From Octopus bimaculoides (Eukaryota): 64,000 nucleotides of DNA. The notes under the pieces were generated by a model, which saw only the letters and a list, made by a program, of their open reading frames with translations, was not told the DNA's origin and did no database searches. The stretch lies in NCBI RefSeq assembly GCF_001194135.2, contig NC_068997.1, positions 17,111,044-17,175,043 on the forward strand, given 5' to 3'. Of this stretch, positions 53,616 to 64,000 are shown in pieces. The stretch's first letter is position 1, and each line of letters begins with the position of its first letter. The position numbers and the translations under genes were made by a program.

Positions 53616-55075
53616 GTATGGGTGGGTGTATGAATATATATATGTATATTCATGTATATNNNNNNNNNNNNNNNNNNNNNNNNNNNNNNNNNNNNNNNNN
53701 NNNNNNNNNNNNNNNNNNNNNNNNNNNNNNNNNNNNNNNNNNNATATATATATATATATATATATATAGATAGATAGATAGATAGATATAGATATATATA
53801 AATATATGCGTATGCATGTGTGTGTGGAGGGAGGCATGTTTAGCTATTCACATACCTATCTGGTAATATATAGCTTTACGTTTTTCTGTCTTCTCCCTTC
53901 CTCTCATACACTCTTGATCTCTGTTGATCTCTCTTGCGATCCATACACATATATAGACGCCTTCACACATTGTGATAACTCTTTTAAAACGCTATAAAAT
54001 TTACGGAAAACAAAAAACAATATATAACAAAAAATATGAAGCAGAGAGTGTAAAATATTTAATAAACGTAAAAATAACTCCAAAATATCAAAATTTACAA
54101 AAGAATATATGAAAAACAAGAAAAATTAGAAAAGTAAATAATTTTTTATATTTAGAAAAAAAAAAAAAATAAGGAAGGAATACAAAAACCTATAAAAAAT
54201 GAAATATCTCTCTTCAAAGTGTCTGTGACACTAATAACATTCTCTTTCTAAAGAGAAAATTGAGTCAATGCATTTAAATGTGCACTTATGATTTTAACTA
54301 TAGAGTGCAACGTGCAGTGAATGTGCGCCTGGAAAAATAAATAAATAAATAAAATGAAAAAATAAATATCGTGAAAATAAATAACGAAATATATAAAACA
54401 GAAATTAAAAATTAGAAATATTAAAGACAAAAAAATAATAATAATAATAATAAAAACCCTTAGCAAAACGTACATGGAAAAGCAAAAAGAAAACAAAAAT
54501 CAACCAAAAAATTGCTGAAAAAATTTGTTAGAAGCTAGTTGTAAACTTGTAGCATAAAAGTGGTTATTAAAAACTTGAATACGTTGAACATGTGGAGACA
54601 AATTGAGTAGCAAAATATCGTAATCGTCTGAGTCAACATCCCTTCCCTCATCTTCCATCTCTTTTGAAACCTTTCATCTATATGTCTCTACCTAGCCGTT
54701 ATTTATCATAAAAATTAAGTATACACACACACACACACACTCACACATATATATCATACATAGATACGTACATACATACATATATATATATGTATATGTA
54801 TATGTATATATATATATACACACGCATATATATATATATATATATATATATACGTATATATATGTATGTATATATTTATATATATATATATATATATGTC
54901 TATACATTCATACATATACATACATATATATATATATATATACTTATACATACACATATATACAAAATAGTTGTATATATCTATACGAACATATGTGTAT
55001 GTGTGTAAATATTTGTACATCTCTACGTATATATATATATATGTATATGTATGTATATGTATGTATATGTATATA

Positions 55076-55134
<59 letters not shown>

Positions 55135-55820
55135 GTGTATGCGCGCGTATGTGTATGTATACATGTCTGTGTATGTATACATTCAATTTCTTCTTGACTC
55201 TCAAATACTTTACTCATTAACCGTAGTGTCACCATATCTAAATATGCATGTCTGTCTGTCTGTTTCTCTGTATATACATATATGTATGTATCTACACATA
55301 TATATGTATATCTATCTCTCTATCTAGCTATCTATCTATCTACACACACACATACATACGNNNNNNNNNNNNNNNNNNNNNNNNNNNNNNNNNNNNNNNN
55401 NNNNNNNNNNNNNNNNNNNNNNNNNNNNNNNNNNNNNNNNNNNNNNNNNNNNNNNNNNNNNNNNNNNNNNNNNNNNNNNNNNNNNNNNNNNNNNNNNNNN
55501 NNNNNNNNNNNNNNNNNNNNNNNNNNNNNNNNNNNNNNNNNNNNNNNNNNNNNNNNNNNNNNNNNNNNNNNNNNNNNNNNNNNNNNNNNNNNNNNNNNNN
55601 NNNNNNNNNNNNNNNNNNNNNNNNNNNNNNNNNNNNNNNNNNNNNNNNNNNNNNNNNNNNNNNNNNNNNNNNNNNNNNNNNNNNNNNNNNNNNNNNNNNN
55701 NNNNNNNNNNNNNNNNNNNNNNNNNNNNNNNNNNNNNNNNNNNNNNNNNNNNNNNNNNNNNNNNNNNNNNNNNNNNNNNNNNNNNNNNNNNNNNNNNNNN
55801 NNNNNNNNNNNNNNNNNNNN

Positions 55821-55889
<69 letters not shown>

Positions 55890-56485
55890 ATACAAATATA
55901 TACATATATGTGTATATACATATATATACATATATATATTTGTGTGTGTGGCTATGTGTATATGTGTGTATACTTTGCTAATTATATAAATATATATTTA
56001 TACACATACACACACATATTATACATATCCCCCCTCCACCTGTTTCTCTTATTATCTCTTTTGTCTCCCTGTATCACTCTTTTGTCTACCATACATGTTC
56101 GTACTCATAAAGACATAAATATCCAGTCTAAACAAATTGTATTATACAAGAAACGACATTACGTGGAGCAAAATAATTCCTACTTGTTTAGTTGTCCCTT
56201 TCTTTTCCGTTTCTCTCTCACCCACAACTATAGTCTGACTCTCTCTTCTCCTACCCCCTCTCTCTCTGCCATCTCCTTTTTTCTACTTCTCTTACCACTC
56301 CATCTCCGTTTCTTCCACTCACTCCCACTCTCTATTTCTTTCACTATATCCCTCTTAACGTCTCTCTCTCTCTCTCTCTCTCTCTCGCTCATTCTCCATT
56401 AGTAATCTCTTTCCATCCCTCACTCATTCACACGAAACAGCTGTCTGTTACTCAGTAGACATTACCCTTTATGAATGAACTTACA

Positions 56486-56529
56486 AACCATGTGGTTGGT
56501 AAACAAGCTACTTACCACACAGCCACTCC
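56486..56529 (-). mobile_element. SINE family A head fragment
   Basis: aaccatgtggttggtaaacaagctacttaccacacagccactcc is the reverse complement of the family A 5' end. Confidence 0.85.
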
Positions 56530-56592
<63 letters not shown>

Positions 56593-56596
56593 AAGA

Positions 56597-56623
56597 GATA
56601 GACAGACAGACAGATTGACAGAC

Positions 56624-56696
<73 letters not shown>

Positions 56697-56713
56697 GATA
56701 AATAAATAGATAA

Positions 56714-56781
<68 letters not shown>

Positions 56782-56804
56782 GTGGATAGATAGATAGATA
56801 GATT
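56597..56804. repeat. (GATA)n microsatellite
   Basis: Direct. Confidence 0.95.
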
Positions 56805-56871
56805 CAGCAATGTAACTACACACGTCCTGTTAATGATGCTTTTTCCTTCCTTGAACTTTTTCCTCTTTTCT

Positions 56872-56905
56872 TTTTCGACGAAAGGCTATGCTCGAAACGT
56901 CAAAA
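56872..56905 (+). ncRNA. Degenerate Penelope-type hammerhead motif
   Basis: tttt-cgacgaa-aggc-tat-gctc-GAA-ACGT-C-aaaa; same family as 29225-29260; core box damaged. Confidence 0.45.
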
Positions 56906-57467
56906 ATTCTCTCTTACTGAGAGTAAAACAAATACATTCCTTGTGCACGTCTTCTTCCTGTCTGTTATTGTTAATCTTATTGTTCGTTTATTTGAAATGA
57001 CAATATGTGTACGAGCGAGCGCGCGCTCAACTAGTACCAACTTCATAATCACGAAACGAATACCGAGGCAAAGATTCGAGGTGACGTAACCTATATTCCG
57101 AAGTACAAGTGCTCAAAAGCACATCTATAGGCTCTCATACTTGGATCTGCTTGTTTTCGAGTCGATGTACACGTATATGTTACTCTCTTTGCCTGCTTCT
57201 TCCTAGCTTTCTATGCGTGCTTACGTATCTATATACGTGTATCTCTGTATATTTTGTAATGAATTTCTTTCATATTAGTCTATTAACATTCTCATAATTC
57301 ACGTCTTTTTCAATTTTATTTCCTGACTCACAAAAGAGCATTCGGCAGCAGCCATAGCCTCATTATATACCTGATTCATCTCGATTACTTTCAAACGTTC
57401 TCTTAAAATACATTTACCTGTATGCATACATATATACATATACACACACATAAACACACACGCATAT

Positions 57468-57498
<31 letters not shown>

Positions 57499-57560
57499 CA
57501 CATACATATATATATACATACACACACACACACACGTATATATATATACATGCATATGCG

Positions 57561-57600
<40 letters not shown>

Positions 57601-57675
57601 TGTGTGTGTGTGTATACATATGTATATATAAGCATATATATATATGCACATATATATATATATACACACACATGT

Positions 57676-57768
<93 letters not shown>

Positions 57769-58154
57769 GTTCTGTGGCAACATGTGTGGGGCAAGTTGTA
57801 AGATATGCCACCGATGAGCAGGAAGTAGTGCTTTCGTTCATCAGTCGACCAGTTTAAACGTAATCAAGTCGTTAGTTGTAAGCGAATAATTCTCTTTGTA
57901 GAAAGAGTAAAATCTTCAGAACAACCCAATAAAAAATCATCTACTCGACAACTTGACCTGCTGGAAATGCTTGTCAAATTTTGTTGAAACGCAACCAGAC
58001 TAAAGCAGAAACCGTTAATAGGTAGGGAATGAGAGACAAGCAGCTAGATGATTTGTTATATAGCTCATTTTAAACAAATAACACTGTGCTTCAACGTAGC
58101 CCATTTTTAAAGAGACAGATTAAACTCACGGCTATTTCTTATTTTAAGAATTCA

Positions 58155-58266
58155 TAAGGCGGTGAGCTGGCAGAATCGTTAGCACGCCGTACAAAGCGCT
58201 TTGCGATATTTCGTTCGTCTTTACGATCTGAATTCAAACACCGTGAGTTCGACATTGCCTTTCAGC
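58155..58266 (+). mobile_element. SINE family B head, 3'-truncated
   Basis: ataaggcggtgagctggcagaatcgttagcacgccg...tctgaattcaaacacc...cgacattgcctttca. Confidence 0.85.
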
Positions 58267-58346
58267 AATAAAAGGATAGACAAAGAATACAGAAGCGGAC
58301 CGTTAGTGGACGGACGAGGGGACAAAAAGCGAAATAAACAAAGACG

Positions 58347-58434
58347 CAGGAGTAGGAAGATTGCTTCCCAACCACATGGTTCCGGGTTCAGTCAAACTGC
58401 GTGGTACCGTGAGCAAGTGTGTTCTACTATAGCC
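58347..58434 (+). mobile_element. SINE family A head fragment
   Basis: aagattgcttcccaaccacatggttccgggttcagtc...gcaagtgtgttctactatagcc. Confidence 0.8.
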
Positions 58435-58676
58435 ACACAAAAACTCTTTCCTTTTCATAGAAAGTCAATAGAGTGTGATGTGCCCTCTAACACACTATCC
58501 CACAGCGAATGCCATTCACGTTCGAGTCTGCAGGAACGTATCACGAATACTGGTATGCACCATTATATGATGGTCACTGCTTTGTGTACTTAGAGTGAAG
58601 TAATATCAGCTCGTCCATCTTCAACTCAATTTGCTCATTTTTATTGCTTGTGTACACACACACACACACACATGAA

Positions 58677-58734
<58 letters not shown>

Positions 58735-59063
58735 GCATACACACATACACACACGCACATGTGAACAGAAGTTCCTGTGTAGTATTAATTAAGCGACAAG
58801 ATATTTTTCGATAAGGAGACCAAGCTACCCAGTGCCTCGTAATACGCTCACGTTACTTTAGAGTTTGCTGTATCTTTACATGCAGAAAATTTACAAGACG
58901 TATTTAATTGTCCACTACAAAATCCAGCAAAGAATCCCTTCCACATTCAAGTGTGCAGAAACGTGTTGAAAATAAATGAACACACATTATTTGTTCTTCT
59001 GCGTTTGAGGTGATCATACTGAATATACAAATCCATCCATCAATAATACATATATACACACAT

Positions 59064-59128
<65 letters not shown>

Positions 59129-60155
59129 NNNNNNNNNNNNNNNNNNNNNNNNNNNNNNNNNNNNNNNNNNNNNNNNNNNNNNNNNNNNNNNNNNNNNNNN
59201 NNNNNNNNNNNNNNNNNNNNNNNNNNNNNNNNNNNNNNNNNNNNNNNNNNNNNNNNNNNNNNNNNNNNNNNNNNNNNNNNNNNNNNNNNNNNNNNNNNNN
59301 NNNNNNNNNNNNNNNNNNNNCAATTAAATTGGGACGTTCGATATAACCTGTATGAAGTTGTCATTCTCTTCTTGTTTGTTTATCTCCAGGTCAAGGACGG
59401 CCGTGAAATGGATCGAAGATTCTACCACCATTTATTCAAAAACAACTCAGCCAGAACTATATTATCCAATGTTTCATTCCAAATTTTAATAACGGTTGGA
59501 GACCTGAGAAATGTTTTGGCAAATGTTTCAAGTCGATCGAGTTAATGAATCTATGCTAGAAATTCGGTGCGTAAACGATAATAGACTTCGTCAGATAATA
59601 CTCACGTTGTTACACAGAGCTTCTTTTACATTATATGTTGTCGAACAACGTATGAAGCTACTGCAGTGAATATGATGTTATTTGTAAAGTGATTTAATTC
59701 TGAAGATATTGTTTCATTTCTGGTTAGAGTCCGCTCCGTCATATATTGCTGCAATTTATAAAAACATCCCATTTTTATTACTTAAAAATATTTCATTGCT
59801 TTGTGATGATAATCGGTAAGTGGGTCGAGGAAATTTCTTGAATATTTTAATAAGCTTTTGCACAGAAAAGAAAATATTAATAGGAGAAGTGGCGTTGTCG
59901 TTGGTTTATTTAAGTATGCCTTCGTTTTCCTATGTAACTTGTAATAAGTATACGTCGTTCGAATCTGAGTCTAGTTCTAATCTCATTGATTTAGTTGTCT
60001 TATATCTGTAATATTTCAAATAAAGGGGCTGCTGGGGACATTTGGGGATCCCTAGTTGCTTGTTTCTGATAGCTTTAAGGTGTTATTTTATGTGGGTCAC
60101 ATTTGGCTTGACTTTGCTGGCATCCCCTATGGTGCGTGTCCATGCACATATACAT

Positions 60156-60204
<49 letters not shown>

Positions 60205-61214
60205 TATATATCTTGTGTGTGTATAGTATATACATTAATGGGATTCGATTCACTGGTTTTATTTCGATAGCCTGCATTTCTAGAGGGTTATAGTCCCCTA
60301 TAATGTTGCATGTATCATTTATTCTTTATATATGCACACACACATATATATATATATATATGCACACACATATTTGCATGTATAGATACATTCATATACG
60401 TATAGTAATACATACACATTCTTCCCCACATACATATCATTTGAATGTATGTTTTAGTACAGGGCTGTTCTATGTTGAGATTATAACGTCTTTTACTTCT
60501 ATAAATGTGATTTTGATGATATTGACCTTTTGATATGTTTTATTGTTTTTGTCAGGTATGAATTATATATTTTTAATGTATTCGTTGTGGGGATGAGAGC
60601 GATAGATATCTTTTGGCTTTTGTCATAGCTATTTTTCGGCTATGACATATTTTCATGGTGTTCTTCTAAACATGCTGTTTTGTAGAGTTTATATATTCCG
60701 TAGACATTGTAAGGTAACTATATTTATTGGTGTTTTCAGTTGACTGTGAGACGATTCCCACTTTAATTGTTCTGTTTTGATAACCAACAAGCTAAAGGTC
60801 ACTAGGAGTGAATCACCCTTTAGACTTTGCTAAAATAAGTCTCTTGGAGAAGTTATCTCTGATATAAAAGCAGATGTGCAGGGAATCCCATTGAAAATTT
60901 GGGGCTTGTTCAGCTAGCACTTAAGGTCATTGGCGTTCCCTCATTCTTGAGCTTGCGCTCCATGTTGGCAATCGATATCATCCCCTGTTCTTTCTCTGAA
61001 TCATGCCAGGCAGTAGGGTGGCAAGGGCCCTAGGCTTGCTTTGAAAGCCTTATTGGACCTAAAGTCGTAGGTTGTAATATCGTTAGCGAGGCAAGTATCC
61101 GATGTCCGGTTGGGTAGAACGGCTCTGAAGTGGGCATGGAAACCACGGACGCAATGGTCGGTCACGAGTGTACAAACATCACAATATTTATCATAGATAC
61201 ACGCATACATAGAT

Positions 61215-61255
<41 letters not shown>

Positions 61256-62034
61256 TATGTTTGTAGACATGGCTGTGTTGGTGGTGATGGTGGGCATCTC
61301 ACAACACAAAATTTCAGATGAGTATGGCTAGTGCTTAAATTTCTGTAATGCTCTGACTGCAGAAGACTCCTCGAAATTAGGGATCCGCGTCCGAAGATTG
61401 ACTTCAGTCATGAAACAATTAATAATGAGATTTGAAATGGTTTGATAAATTTACTTTTATCCAAGTATAGAGTCCTTTTCAATTCACAAGTTATTTTTTC
61501 TTTCCACAGATATTTGCAAATACAACATTGTGATTATAGATATGTGTTTGATTGAGCAAGCGTGTATGTATGTATGTATGTATGTATGTATGTATGTATG
61601 TATTGTCATTACAATCACACGTATATTACATATTCATACAAGCTGTTTTAGACACATTATGAAGCTCTCTTGTTTTGTCACTCCGTTTTTATGGCTATAA
61701 GGAGTGTCATATTTTTTACTGTCCGTTTTATTGCTTTCTGTCACTGAATTTCGAACCGAATTTATTGTCGTTAGATAATGGAAGCGAAACAAACAACTGT
61801 ACATAATAAATCTGTTGATATGTACAGGTGAGAAAATCAACAAATGAATATATATCATAATGAATATATACGTGTGTATGTGTGTTCATTTTTGTTTGTG
61901 TGTGTGTTTGTGTATCTGTGTGTGTGCGTGTGCATGTGCATGTGTGTTTATGTGTATGTGTGTGTGTGTGTTTCCGTCTGTATGTGTGTGTGTGTGTGTG
62001 TGTGTGTGATTATAGCTTGCTGTGTCAGTCTTAA

Positions 62035-62330
62035 AGTCATAATATCATTATATCTATGTACAGTTAAACCTGAAAGGTATAGACTGATAAAAAACACAAG
62101 ATATTTTGATCGATACTCAAGAGATTCCGCCAATATGTTGCCTTAATACACTCAAACACATATCCCCTCTACATCCAGAATTATACACAAACGCACATAC
62201 ATTTGCGTCTGACGTACGAAAATACGGACAGGAAGATTACAACAGGGCTCAGTGTCAGAGAGATTGTATTGAGTGTTACTTATTAAACACTCAGTACTTC
62301 ACATCTGGTTATTCGAATTTCTGTTTCCAG
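62035..62330 (+). mobile_element. Possible Penelope GIY-YIG endonuclease relic
   Basis: Frameshifted IISLYLCTVKPERY...FDR / KRFRQYVALIHSNT / RDCIECYLLNT loosely follows the order of a PLE endonuclease; C-rich tail follows. Confidence 0.25.
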
Positions 62331-62649
62331 ATTATCAGACTGAACACCCCACCATCCCTATACTTCCTATCCGACCAACACCACTCTCGCCTCCCCAACA
62401 CACCAGCACCACCACACGACACACCACCACACCGCCACACCACATCATCACACCACACACCACCACACCACACACCACCATACCACACCCCCATCACACC
62501 ACTCCGTACACACTACCACTGACCACTTCACAGCACCCACACCAGCACTGACCACTTCCCAACACCTACACTATTATCCACACACCAGTTAAATACTGCG
62601 TTCGATGTAATTGACTAGACCTTTCCTAAAGATTATTATTATTATTATT

Positions 62650-62926
62650 GTTCAGTAGTTTTATTTTTATAACGTGCTTTCACTTCACTACCGAGCGCAG
62701 CTCTGTGCGCCTTGGGTATGTGCTGTGGTTTGCTGTGGTGCTCTTATGTTTACTGTATTGAAAGTGTTTTGCGTAGAATGTGTGCAGTACCCAGTAGTGC
62801 AATTTTCTGTATGTTATATATATTTGTAAGTCCTGGTGTTTTTGTTATGTATTTGTCTGAATATTTTTTTATTATACCTAAGGCACCTACTATGATAGGA
62901 ATTGTTTCTGTTTTTAGATTCCACAT
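62650..62926 (-). mobile_element. Young 5'-truncated R4/Dong-clade LINE 3' end inside a (TAA)n array
   Basis: Open frame MWNLKTETIPIIVGALGIIKKYSDKYITKTPGLTNIYNIQKIALLGTAHILRKTLSIQ* (62926-62750), typical of an R4 restriction-like endonuclease C-terminus; 100-nt 3' UTR; (ATT)n on both sides. Confidence 0.88.
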
Positions 62927-63063
62927 TACTATTATTATTATTATTATTACTATTATTATTATTACTATTACTATTATTATTATTATTATTACAATATGTA
63001 AGTTCGTGTTAGGTATATATAAATACATACATGCATGCATACATACTTACATACATTCATACA

Positions 63064-63097
<34 letters not shown>

Positions 63098-63708
63098 CAT
63101 ACGTAAGTACGTACGTACGTATAAACACATATATAGATGCATACAAGCACACACATTCTAATATTAATGAATATTTGTCGTAAGAAAACAAGACAAAACA
63201 AAACAAAGCAAAAAGACTTACAATGAATTGAATATTTGAATTATTGCATCATTCGTTACAGAACGAAAAGAATACCTTAACAGCAAAGGTTTCGTTAGCG
63301 AATTAAAAAAAAAATAAAAAATAATAATAATAAATGAACTTCAAGGAATTACGAATTAAATTAAAAACAAATTTACTCTCACGCTTATGGCAAGGATATG
63401 TGAATGCGTTATGTTGTTAAAATACATCTGGCGACTAATGTCTGCTTCAATACAAGTACACACACTCTGACACATTAATTGCGGCAAATCACTCGGTGGT
63501 TTTGTCTACCAACGCATGAAGTGTCTTTTCGGTACGCATGTTTGAATGGAGGTGGTATACGTGTAACACTTAAATGAGATCATATATATAAAAGCATTGA
63601 TTCTCCTTGTGTTTGTTTCATTATCTACGTCTGTGTAAATGTTGACTGTCTGGATTATTCGTCTCTAGATGACACGCTTTCTCTAAGACTCTCTCCCCCT
63701 CTCTCTTG

Positions 63709-63709
<1 letters not shown>

Positions 63710-63772
<63 letters not shown>

Positions 63773-63796
63773 CTCTCTCTCTCCCCCCTCTCTCTC

Positions 63797-63863
<67 letters not shown>

Positions 63864-63865
63864 TT
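63710..63865. repeat. (TATC)n/(TC)n compound microsatellite
   Basis: Direct. Confidence 0.95.
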
Positions 63866-64000
63866 TTCTGCTTGTCTGTCTTGTAATTAAAACAGGATTC
63901 ATTATTTTCCTCGTTTTTTTGCCGCCGCCGTCCTCGTCCTACTGCTCCTCCGCCTGCGTTCGTCATTCTCCCCCTCTCCTCCTCTTCCTTCTCTTCCACT

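Noticed and set aside
57016-57030. GAGCGCGCGCTC palindrome and a nearby CRE-like TGACGTAA
   Set aside because: Too short to separate from chance; no promoter context.
57331-57400. Minus-strand exon candidate [23 protein letters not shown]|GTGAGT
   Set aside because: Weak acceptor, unrecognised peptide, no coherent chain with other candidates.
57770-57817. [13 protein letters not shown], resembling a ShK-type CxxSCxxC end
   Set aside because: Isolated motif next to (TA)n; expected by chance at this window size.
59390-59598. Strong acceptor followed by a 63-codon open stretch
   Set aside because: That frame has an early TGA and the other frames stop; tttcaagtcgatcggag resembles DNA-transposon internal sequence.
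60538-60561. Recursive-splice-like (Y)nCAG|GTATGA
   Set aside because: No evidence of a host intron on this strand.

Overview
Non-coding, repeat-saturated eukaryotic DNA. The SINE families and the extreme (TA)n/(CA)n/(GATA)n load indicate a coleoid cephalopod, most likely Octopus (inference from recognised repeats, not a database search). About 3.5 kb is N-gap, and several gap flanks look like assembly duplications. I can support no intact host gene: nearly all listed ORFs are microsatellite or gap read-throughs. The window is a transposon graveyard. It holds two tRNA-headed SINE families, three Tx1/L1-clade LINE 3' fragments, two R4/Dong-clade LINE fragments (one inside a TAA array), a decayed mariner, two MITEs, a putative solo LTR with three 60-bp repeats plus TATA/Inr, Penelope-like termini, long hairpins and a tRNA-like pseudogene. 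The most interesting signals are RNA-structural. Four loci carry Penelope-type minimal hammerhead ribozyme relics, one as an inverted pair. A 3'-terminal stem-loop (loop CUUGU, co-varying stems) is shared by one SINE family and the local Tx1 LINE, suggesting a SINE-LINE partnership. All alignments and translations were done by hand; boundaries are approximate unless termini are stated.
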